Positions 43,230-54,800 of a DNA stretch of 64,000 nt are shown piece by piece (the stretch's first letter is position 1; the number at the start of each line of letters is the position of its first letter). A program made the translations under genes and the position numbers. The DNA is from Eledone cirrhosa (lineage: Eukaryota): positions 8,742,001 to 8,806,000 of the forward strand of contig OZ024740.1 in assembly GCA_964016885.1 (NCBI GenBank), given 5' to 3'. The notes below the pieces were generated by a model that was given only the letters and a program-made list of their open reading frames with translations, ran no database searches and was not told the origin of the DNA.

Positions 43230-45487
43230 AAGCTAAAGGACCCCACAGCCAAAAATAAATTTCAAAACATATTACTTGATGCTTTCGACAGTAAGGAAGA
43301 ACACTTAGAGTCGGACAATATAGAGGGACAGTGGGAATTTCTGAAAGCAAACCTGCTGTTGGCCACAGACGAAGTCTGTGGCTGGAGCAGGCCTGTAGGC
43401 AGGAGGAGAGTAACATGGTGGTGGAACAGTAAGGTGGAGGAGTCAATTAAGGCCAAAAAGCAGGCTTGGAAAGTATGGCGGGATGGGGGAAGTAGAGTAG
43501 ACTATCAAGTGGCCAGGAGGGAAGCTAGGAGAGAAGTGTACTTAGCAAGAAGGGAAGCTGAGGAAAGAAAGTTCAAGCATGTCCTACAACGCGATGACCA
43601 AAAACGTGAGGTGTTCAGGATTGCTAGGCAATGCGTCAAGGAAAACCGTGATATTGTCGGGGAGAAGTGTGTACTTAACGATGATGGCATACTTGCCATC
43701 ACCGACACTGATAAGAAGGCAGCTTGGAAGTGTCACTATGAAAGGCTACTAAATGAGGAGAATAAATGGGAGAAAGACAGTCTCCCCCATGTCGACCCAA
43801 TAGAGGGACCAGCAGTGTTAGTCGAGGGGAGTATAATAAGTAAGGCAATCAAGGATATGAAGACAGGTAAGGCGGCTGGGCCTTCGGAAATAGTTGCTGA
43901 GATGCTGAAGGCATCTGGCACGGTGGGACACACCATGGTCACCCGCATAGTTAACCAAGTCGTACAGAATGGGGTTGTTCCAAAGGACTGGCATAGCAGC
44001 ATCATCGTTAACTGTTATAAGGGTAAAGGAGACGCCTAGATAGGAGTAACTATAGAGGCATTAAATTAATCGACCAGGTCATGAAGGTCACAGAAAAAGT
44101 AATAGCGCAACTAATCAGAGAGAGAATTGACCTAGATGAAATGCAGTTCGGGTTTGTGTCAGGCAAAAGTACCACAGACGCTCTTTTCATAGTACGACAA
44201 CTACAGGAGAAGTACCTAGCTAAAGGTAAACCCCTCTACTTAGCTTTTGTCGACTTGGAGAAAGCCTTCGACAGAGTCCCCCGCTCCATTATCTGGTGGG
44301 CTCTTAGAAAACTAGGCGTTGACGAATGGCTTGTGAGGGCTATACAAGCCATGTATAAAGAAACAGTCAGCAAGGTTAGAATTAACAACGAATATAGTGA
44401 AGAGTTTAGCGTAAAAGTTGGCGTCCATCAGGGCTCTGTTCTCAGCCCCCTACTATTTATTATTGCCCTTCAGGCTATAACAGAGGAGTTCAAGACAGGC
44501 TGCCCATGGGAACTCCTATACGCAGACGACCTGACACTCATAGCGGAATCAATGGCCGAGCTAGAGAAGAAATTCCAAACATGGAAGCACGGCCTAGAGT
44601 CAAAAGGACTTAAAATTAACCTGGCTAAGACCAAAGTTCTAGTTTGTAGGAAAGAAAACAAGGCGGCGGTCCCTTCTGGGAAATGGTCGTGCTCGGTGTG
44701 TAGGAAAGGCGTAGGTAGAAACTCCATTTTGTGTCCTAAATGCAAAGTATGGGTGCATAAAAGATGTAGTGGGATCACAGGTAAGCTAACTAAGAACATA
44801 GATTTTACATGTGGCCGGTGTTCTGGTGCAATAAGTAGCAGCAAGTGCCCACACAATACTAGCTCTTTCAATTGCGCAGAGGGTTCTATAGAAATAGTGG
44901 ACAGCTTCCGTTACCTGGGCGATAAAATCAGCAGTGGGGGAGGGTGCTCTGAAAGTACTGTAGCTAGAGTCAGAACTGGTTGGAAAAAGTTCAGAGAGCT
45001 TATACCACTATTAGCTGCTAAAGGGTTCTCCCTAAAAATGAAAGGCAGGTTGTACGATGCCTGCATACGAACAGCAATGTTGCATGGCAGTGAGACCTGG
45101 GCATTGTGTGCAGAGGATATACGCAGACTAGAGAGGAACGAAGCTTGCATGCTCCGCTGGATGTGTAACAGTAATATACGTGAACGGCAAAGCATAAACG
45201 AACTAAGGAAAAAATTAGAGATAAGAGGGATCAGATGTTGTTTACTCGAGAGAAGGCTACGTTGGTATGGACACGTGATGCGCATGAAAGTCGATAGCTG
45301 TATAACAAAGTGCAGGGCAATAAAGATAGACGGTAGCCACGGAATAGGCAGACCTAGAAAAACCTGGGACGAGCTGATAAACTCCGACCTCACACACTTA
45401 CATTTCTCCAAGACAATGTCACTGGACCGAGACCTTTGGCGGTACTCAGTAACAGAGAAGACCCGCCTTGCCAGTAGGCATCTCTAA
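43230..45487 (+). pseudogene. RTE ORF2 (reverse transcriptase), 5'-truncated, with one frameshift near 44036
   Basis: One frame reads KLKDPT...YKGKGDA and the next reads LDRSNYRGIKLIDQVMK...RHL*. Adding one C at gacgcc(c)tagat joins them. YADD is at 44519-44530. Confidence 0.92.
44690..44821 (+). other. PHD-type zinc finger (C4HC3) inserted within the RT domain
   Basis: CSVC-x10-CPKC-KVWV-H-KR-C-x14-CGRC lies between the RT motifs KINLAKTKVL and FRYLG. Confidence 0.88.
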
Positions 45488-45783
45488 CAAAATACACCCC
45501 GTCCCACCACCACCACCCCCACCCCATCCACACCACCCCGTCCTATGTAAAGTTATGTTGGTGCCGCGCCATCCGGGCCGAAACAAATGAGATCGTGTAG
45601 GTGTCACGACAAAAAAACACACAGTCCACGCTGTAATGTGGCCGTGTAGGCAACACGGTAAAAACCTCCCAGACCCACACTGTAAATGTGGTTGGTGTTA
45701 GGAAGGGCATCCAACTGTAGAAAACCTGCCAGACAGTCCTATGCGAGCAAGACAATCACTCTTGCCTCAAGTGGGACTACCCC

Positions 45784-45846
45784 CGTCCAAACCCATGCAA
45801 GCGTGGAACACGGACGTTAAACGTTGATGATGATGATGATGATGAT
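45784..45846 (+). other. LINE 3'-terminal stem-loop followed by the (GAT)n tail
   Basis: CGTCC (45784-88) pairs with GGACG (45812-16). The inner hairpin is CCATG-caag-CGTGG (45793-45806). It is followed by the short palindrome ACGTtaaACGT and (GAT)7. Confidence 0.6.
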
Positions 45847-48800
45847 ATCAGTTTCAATTGGTATATCAGTTTCTATTGGTATGTCAGTTTTATTGGTATG
45901 TCAGTTTCGATTGGTATGTCAGTTTTATTGGTATGTCAGTTTCTATTGGTATATCAATTTCGATTCATATATCGGTTTCAATTAGTATATCAGTTTCTAT
46001 TGATGTGTCAGTTTCGATTAGTATATCAGCTTCTATTTGTATGTCAGTTTCGATTGGCATGTCAGTTTCTATTGGTATGTCAGTTTCGATTGGCATGTCA
46101 GTTTCTATTGGTATATCAGTTTTGATTGGTATGTTAGTTTCTATTGGTATGTCAGTTCCGATTGGTATGTTAGTCCTCGATTTGTATGTCAGTTTCTATT
46201 GGTATATCAATTTCGATTGGTATGTCAGTTTCTATTGGTATGTCAGTTTCTATTGGTATATCAGTTTCGATTGGTATGTCAGTTTCAATTAGTATATCAG
46301 TTTCTATTGGTATGTCAGTTTCTATTGGTATATCAATTTCGATTGTTATATCAGTTTCGATTAGTATGTCAGTTTCGATTCATATGTCAGTTTCGATTGG
46401 TATGTCAGTTTCGATTGGTATGTCAGTTTCTATTGGTATATCAGTTTCAATTGGTATATCAGTTTCAAATGGTATGTCAGTTTTATTGGTATGTCAATTT
46501 CGATTGGTATATCAGTTTCGATTGGTATGTCAATTTCGATTGGTATGTCAGTTTAGATTTGTATATCAGTTTCGATTGGTATGTCAGTTTCGATTGGTAT
46601 GTCAGTTTCGATTGGTATGTCAGTTTCTATTGGTATATCAATTTCGATTCATATATCGGTTTCAATTAGTATATCAGTTTCTATTGATCTGTCAGTTTCG
46701 ATTAGTATATCAGCTTCTATTTGTATGTCAGTTTGAATTGGTATGTCAGTTTCTATTGGTATATCAGTGTCAATTGGTATATCAGTTTCGATTCGTATGT
46801 CAGTTTCTATTATTATGTCAGTTTGTATTGGTATATCAGTTTCAATTGGTATATCAGTTTCTATTGGTATGTCAGTTTTATTGGTATGTTAGTTTCGATT
46901 GGTATATCAGTTTCTGTTGGTATGTCAATTTCGATTAGTATGTCAGTTTATATTGGTATATCAGTTTCGATTGGTATATCAGTTTCTATTGGTATGTCAG
47001 TTTTGACTAGTATATCAGTCTCTATTGGTATGTCAGTTTCGATTGGTATGTCTATTTCGAATGGTATATCAGTTTTGATTGGTATATCAGTTTCTATTGG
47101 TATATCAGTTCCAATTAGTATATCCGTTTCGATTGGTATGTCAGTTTCTATTGGTATATCAATTTCGATTGGTATGTCAGTTTCTGTTGGTATGTCAATC
47201 TCGATTGGTATGTCAGTTTCTATTGGTATATCAGTTTCTATTTGTATGTCAATTTTCGATTGATATGTCAGTTTCTCTTGGTATATCAGTTTCTATTGAT
47301 ATATCAGTTTCGATTGGTATGTCTATTTCGAATGGTATATAAGTTTCTATTTGTATGTCAGTCTCGATTGGTATATCAGTTTTGATTCGTATATCAGTTT
47401 CTATTGGTATATCAGTTCCGATTGGTATATCAGTTTTGATTAGTATGTCAGTTTCTATTGGTATGTCTGTTTCGATTAGTATATCAGTTTCTATTCGTAT
47501 ATCAGTTTCGATTGGTATGTTAGTCCTCGATTGGTATATCAGTTTCGATTGGTATATCAGTTTTGATTCGTATGTTAGTTTCTATTGGTATGTCAGTTTC
47601 GATTAGTATATCATTTAATATTGGTATATCAGTTTCGATTGGTATGTCAGTTTCTGTTGGTATGTCAATTTCGATTGGTATGTCACTTTCTATTGGTATA
47701 TCAGTTTCGAATGGTATGTCAATTTCTATTGGTGTGTAAGTTTAGATTCGGATATAAGTTTCTCTTGGTATATCAGTTTCTATTGATATATCAGTTTCGA
47801 TTGGTATGTCAGTTTCGATTAGTAAATCAGTTTCTATTTGTATGTCAGTTTCGATTGGTATGTCAGTTTCGATTGGTATGTCAATTTCGATAGGTATGTC
47901 AGTTTCGATTTGCATATCAGTTTCGATTGGTATGTCAGTTTCGATTAGTATGTCAGTTTCTATTGGTATGTCAGTTTCAATTGGTAGATCAATTTCAATT
48001 GGTATGTCAATTTCGATTGGTATGTCAGTTTAAATTTTTATATCAGTTTCGAATGGTATGTCAGTTTCGATTGGTATGTCAGTTTCGATTGGTATGTCAG
48101 TTTCTATTGGTATATCAATTTCGATTCATATATCGGTTTCAATTAGTATATCAGTTTCTATTGATGTGTCAGTTTCGATTAGTATATCAGCTTCTATTTG
48201 TATGTCAGTTTCGATTGGTATGTCAGTGTCTATTGGTATATCAGTTTCAATTGGTATATCAGTTTCGATTGGTATATCAGTTTCGATTCGTATGTCAGTT
48301 TCTATTATTATGTCAGTTTGTATTAGTATATCAGTTTCAATTGGTATATCAGTTTCTATTGGTATGTCAGTTTTATTGGTATGTCAGTTTCGATTGGTAT
48401 ATCAGTTTCTGTTGGTATGTCAATTTCGATTAGTATGTCAGTTTATATTGGTATATCAGTTTCGATTGGTATGTCAGTTTCTATTGGTATGTCAGTTTTG
48501 ACTAGTATATCAGTCTCTATTGGTATGTCAGTTTCGATCGGTATGTCTATTTCGATTGGTATATCAGTTTCTATTTGTATGTCAGTCTCGATTGGTATAT
48601 CAGTTTTGATTGGTATATCAGTTTCTATTGGTATATCAATTCTGATTGTTATATCAGTTTCGATTGCTATGTCAGTTTCTATTGGTATATCAGTTTCGAT
48701 TGATATATCAGTTTTGATTAGTATGTCAGGTTCTATTGGCATGTCAGTTTCGATTCGTATGTCCGTTTCGACTAGTATATCAGTTTCTGTTGGTATACAA

Positions 48801-51800
48801 TTTTCGTTTGGTATGTTAGTTTCCAATGGTATGTCAGTATATATTTGTATGTCAGTTTCGATTGGTATGTCAGTTTCCTTTGGTATGTCTGTTTCGATTG
48901 GTATATCAGTTTCTATTGGTATCTCAGTTTCGATTGGTATGTTAGTCCTCGGTTGGTATATCAGTTTTGATTGGTATGTTAGTTTCTATTGGTATGTCAG
49001 TTTCGATTAGTATATCAGTTTCTATTGGTATATCAGTTTCGATTGGTATGTTAGTCCTCGATTTGTATGTCAGTTTCTATTGGTATATCAAGTTCGATTG
49101 GTATGTCAGTTTCTGTTGGTATGTCAATTTCGATTGGTATGTCAGTTTCTATTGGTATATCAGTTTCTATTTGTATGTCAATTTTCGATTGATATGTCAG
49201 TTTCTCTTGGTATATCAGTTTCTATTGATATATCAGTTTCGATTGGTATGTCAGTTTCGATTAATAAATCAATTTCTATTTGTATGTCAGTTTCTATTGG
49301 TATATCAGTTTCGATTGGTATATCAGTTTCGATTGGTATGTCAATTTCGATTAGTAAATCAGTTTCGATTGGTATGTCAGTTTCGATTGGTATGTCAGTT
49401 TCGTTTGGCATGTCAGTTTCTATTGGTATATCAGTTTCGATTCATATATCGGTTCCGATTAGTATATCAGTTTCTATTGATGTGTCAGTTTCGATTAGTA
49501 TATCAGTTTCGATTGGTATATCAGTTTCGATTCGTATGTCAGTTTCTATTATTATGTCAGTTTGTATTGGTATATCAGTTTCAAATGGTATATCAGTCTA
49601 TATTTGGTATGTCAGTTTTATTTGTATGTCAGTTTCGATTGGTATATCAGTTTCTGTTGGTATGTCAATTTCGATTAGTATGTCAGTTTCTATTGGTATA
49701 TCAGTTTCGATTGGTATATCAGTCTCTATTGGTATGTCAGTTTCGATTGGTATGTCTATTTCGAATGGTATATCAGTTTTTATTGGTATATCAGTTTCTA
49801 TTGGTATATCAGTTCCAATTAATATATCAGTTTCGATTGGTATGTCAGTTTCTATTGGTATATCAATTTCGATTGGTAGGTCAGTTTCTGTTGGTATGTC
49901 AATCTCGATTGGTATGTCAGTTTCTATTGGTATATCAGTTTCTATTTGTATGTCAATTTTCGATTGATATGTCAGTTTCTCTAGGTATATCAGTTTCTAT
50001 TGATATATCAGTTTTGATTGGTATGTCTATTTCGAATGGTATATAAGTTTCTATTTGTATGTCAGTCTCGATTGGTATATCAGTTTTGATTCGTATATCA
50101 GTTTCTATTGGTATATCAGTTCCGATTGGTATATCAGTTTTGATTAGTATGTCAGTTTCTATTGGTATGTCTGTTTCGATTAGTATATCAGTTTCTATTC
50201 GTATATCAGTTTCGATTGGTATGTTAGTCCTCGATTGGTATATCAGTTTCGATTGGTATATCAGTTTTGATTCGTATGTTAGTTTCTATTGGTATGTCAG
50301 TTTCGATTAGTATATCAGTTTCTATTGGTATATCAGTTTCGATTGGTATGTCAGTTTCTGTTGGTATGTCAATTTTGATTGGTATGTCACTTTCTATTGG
50401 TATATCAGTTTCGAATGGTATGTCAATTTCTATTGGTGTGTAAGTTTCGATTCGGATATAAGTTTCTCTTGGTATATCAGTTTCTATTGATATATCAGTT
50501 TCGATTGGTATGTCAGTTTCGATTAGTAAATCAGTTTCTATTTGTATGTCAGTTTCGATTGGTATGTCAGTTTCGATTGGTATGTCAATTTCGATTGGTA
50601 TGTCAGTTTCGATTTGTATATCAGTCTCGATTGGTATGTCAGTTTCGATTAGTATGTCAGTTTCTATTGGTATGTCAGTTTCAATTGGTATATCAATTTC
50701 AATTGGCATGTCAATTTCGATTGGTATGTCAGTTTAAATTTGTATATCAGTTTCGAATGGTATGTCAGTTTCGATTGGTATGTCAGTTTCGATTGGTATG
50801 TCAGTTTCTATTGGTATATCAATTTCGATTCATATATCGGTTTCAATTAGTATATCAGTTTCTATTGATGTGTCAGTTTCGATTAGTATATCAGCTTCTA
50901 TTTGTATGTCAGTTTCGATTGGTATGTCAGTCTCTATTGGTATATCAGTCTCAATTGGTATATCAGTTTCGATTGGTATATCAGTTTCGATTCGTATGTC
51001 AGTTTCTATTATTATGTCAGTTTGTATTAGTATATCAGTTTCAATTGGTATGTCAGTTTCGATTGGTATATCAGTTTCTGTTGGTATGTCAATTTCGATT
51101 AGTATGTCAGTTTATATTGGTATATCAGTTTCGATTGGTATGTCAGTTTCTATTGGTATGTCAGTTTTGACTAGTATATCAGTCTCTATTGGTATGTCAG
51201 TTTCGATCGGTATGTCTATTTCGATTGGTATATCAGTTTCTATTTGTATGTCAGTCTCGATTGGTATATCAGTTTTGATTGGTATATCAGTTTCTATTGG
51301 TATATCAAGTTCGATTGGTATGTCAGTTTCTGTTGGTATGTCAATTTCGATTGGTATGTCAGTTTCTATTGGTATATCAGTTTCTATTTGTATGTCAATT
51401 TTCGATTGATATGTCAGTTTCTCTTGGTATATCAGTTTCTATTGATATATCAGTTTCGATTGGTATGTCAGTTTCGATTAATAAATCAGTTTCTATTTGT
51501 ATGTCAGTTTCTATTGGTATATCAGTTTCGATTGGTATATCAGTTTCGATTGGTATGTCAATTTCGATTAGTAAATCAGTTTCTATTTGTATATCAGTTT
51601 CTATTGGTATTTCAGTTTCGATTTGTATATCAGTTTCGATTGGTATGTCAGTTTCGATTGGTATGTCAGTTTCGATTGGCATGTCAGTTTCTATTGGTAT
51701 ATCAGTTTCGATTCATATATCGGTTCCGATTAGTATATCAGTTTCTATTGATGTGTCAGTTTCGATTAGTATATCAGTTTCGATTGGTATATCAGTTTCG

Positions 51801-54800
51801 ATTCGTATGTCAGTTTCTATTATTATGTCAGTTTGTATTGGTATATCAGTTTCAATTGGTATATCAGTTTATATTTGGTATGTCAGTTTTATTTGTATAT
51901 CAGTTTCGATTGGTATATCAGTTTCTGTTGGTATGTCAATTTCGATTAGTATGTCAGTTTCTATTGGTATATCAGTTTCGATTGGTATGTCAGTTTCTAT
52001 TGGTATGTCAGTTTTGACTAGTATATCAGTCTCTATTTGTATATCAGTTTCAATTGGTATGTCAGTTTCTATTGGTATATCAGTTTATATTTGTATGTCA
52101 GTTTCGATTGGTATGTCAGTTTCTATTGGTATATCAGTTTTGATTGGTTTGTTAGTATCTATTGGTATGTCAGTTCCGATTGGTATGTTAGTCCTCGATT
52201 TGTATGTCAGTTTCTATTGGTATATCAATTTCGATTGGTACGTCAGTTTCTATTGGTATGTCAGTTTCGATTGTTATGTCAGTTACTATTGGTATGTCAG
52301 TTTTATTGGTATGTCAGTTTCGATTGGTATATCAGTTTCTGTTGGTATGTCAATTTCGATTAGTATGTCAGTTTATATTGGTATATCAGTTTCGATTGGT
52401 ATATCAGTTTCAATTGGTATGTCAGTTTTGACTAGTATATCAGTCGCTATTGGTATGTCAGTTTCGATTGGTATGTCTATTTCGAATGGTATATCAGTTT
52501 TGATTGGTATAGCAGTTTCTATTGGTATATCAGTTCCGATTGGTATATCAGTTTCGATTGGTATGTCAGTTTCTATTGGTATGTCAGTTTCGATTGGCAT
52601 GTCAGTTTCTATTGGTATATCAGTTTCGATTCATATATCGGTTCCGATTAGTATATCAGTTTCTATTGATGTGTCAGTTTCGATTAGTATATCAGCTTCT
52701 ATTTGTATGTCAGTTTCGATTGGTATGTCAGTTTCTATTGGTATATCAGTTTCAATTGGTATATCAGTTTCGATTGGTATATCTGTTTCGATTCGTATGT
52801 CAGTTTCTATTATTATGTCAGTTTGTATTGGTATATCAGTTTCAATTGGTATATCAGTTTCTATTTGGTATGTTAGTTTTATTTGTATGTCAGTTTCGAT
52901 TGGTATATCAGTTTCTGTTGGTATATCAGTTTCGATTGGTATGTCAGTTTCTATTGGTATGTCAGTTTATAATTGTATCTCAGTTTCGATTGGTATGTCA
53001 GTTTCTATTGGTATATCAGTTTTGGTTTGTATGTTAGTTTCTATTGGTATGTCAGTTCCGATTGGTATGTTAGTCCTCGATTTGTATGTCAGTTTCTATT
53101 GGTATATCAATTTCGATTGGTATGTCAGTTTCTATTGGTATGTCAGTTTCTATTGGTATATCAGTTTCGATTGGTACGTCAGTTTCAATTAGTATATCAG
53201 TTTCGATTAGTATGTCAGTTTCGAATCATATGTCAGTTTCGATTGGTATGTCAGTTTCGATTGGTATGTCAGTTTCTATTGGTATGTCAGTTTCAATTGG
53301 TATATCAGTTTCAATTGGTATGTCAGTTTTATTGGTATGTCAATTTCGATTGGTATATCAGTTTCGATTGGTATGTCAATTTCGATTGGTATGTCAGTTT
53401 AGATTTGTATATCAGTTTCGATTGGTATGTCAGTTTCGATTGGTATGTCAGTTTCGATTGGTATGTCAGTTTCTATTGGTATATCAATTTCGATTCATAT
53501 ATCGGTTTCAATTAGTATATCAGTTTCTATTGATCTGTCAGTTTCGATTAGTATATCAGCTTCTATTTGTATGTCAGTTTCAATTGGTATGTCAGTTTCT
53601 ATTGGTATATCAGTTTCAATTGGTATATCAGTTTCGATTTGTATGTCAGTTTCTATTATTATGTCAGTTTGTATTGGTATATCAGTTTCAATTGGTATAT
53701 CAGTTTCTATTGGTATGTCAGTTTTATTGGTATGTCAGTTTCGATTGGTATATCAGTTTCTGTTGGTATGTCAATTTCGATTAGTATGTCAGTTTATATT
53801 GGTATATCAGTTTCGATTGGTATATCAGTTTCTATTGGTATGTCAGTTTTGACTAGTATATCAGTCTCTATTGGTATGTCAGTTTCGATTGGTATGTCTA
53901 TTTCGAATGGTATATCAGTTTTGATTGGTATATCAGTTTCTATTGGTATATCAGTTCCAATTAGTATATCAGTTTCGATTGGTATGTCAGTTTCTATTGG
54001 TATATCAGTTTCGATTGATATATCAGTTTTGATTAGTATGTCAGTTTCTATTGGCATGTCAGTTTCGATTCGTATGTCCGTTTCGATTAGTATATCAGCT
54101 TCTATTTGTATGTCAGTTTCAATTGGTATGTCAGTTTCTATTGGTATATCAGTTTCAATTGGTATATCAGTTTCGATTTGTATGTCAGTTTCTATTATTA
54201 TGTCAGTTTGTATTGGTATATCAGTTTCAATTGGTATATCAGTTTCTATTGGTATGTCAGTTTTATTGGTATGTCAGTTTCGATTGGTATATCAGTTTCT
54301 GTTGGTATGTCAATTTCGATTAGTATGTCAGTTTATATTGGTATATCAGTTTCGATTGGTATATCAGTTTCTATTGGTATATCAGTTTTGACTAGTATAT
54401 CAGTCTCTATTGGTATGTCAGTTTCGATTGGTATGTCTATTTCGAATGGTATATCAGTTTTGATTGGTATATCAGTTTCTATTGGTATATCAGTTCCAAT
54501 TAGTATATCAGTTTCGATTGGTATGTCAGTTTCTATTGGTATATCAGTTTCGATTGATATATCAGTTTTGATTAGTATGTCAGTTTCTATTGGCATGTCA
54601 GTTTCGATTCGTATGTCCGTTTCGATTAGTATATCAGTTTCTGTTGGTATACCATTTTTCGTTTGGTATGTTAGTTTCTAATGGTATGTCAGTATATATT
54701 TGTATGTCAGTTTCGATTGGTATGTCAGTTTCCATTGGTATGTCTGTTTCGATTAGTATATCAGTTTCTATTGGTATATCAGTTTCGATTGGTATGTTAC

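Larger units (their letters stand above)
43230..45846 (+). mobile_element. 5'-truncated RTE-clade LINE, copy C (lacks the AP endonuclease; complete RT with PHD insertion; 3'UTR; (GAT)7 tail)
   Basis: Abrupt exit from the satellite at gtttgtatt|aagctaaagg. RTE linker motif TWWWNSKVEESIKAKKQAWK. RT motifs QFGF, FVDLEKAFDRVPR, GVHQGSVLSPLLF, YADD and KTK. Tail GAT x7 at 45826-45846. Confidence 0.96.

Noticed and set aside
42564-44039. 491-aa satellite-LINE fusion ORF
   Set aside because: This is chance in-frame read-through from the stop-free satellite into the truncated ORF2. It has a non-ATG start and ends at the frameshift.
43228-45755. Antisense ORFs over the LINEs (e.g. 44470-44871, 44911-45411, 45543-45755; also 7013-7513, 6646-6858)
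   Set aside because: They are shadow frames of the RT or UTR with no recognisable motifs, and recur only because the copies are near-identical.
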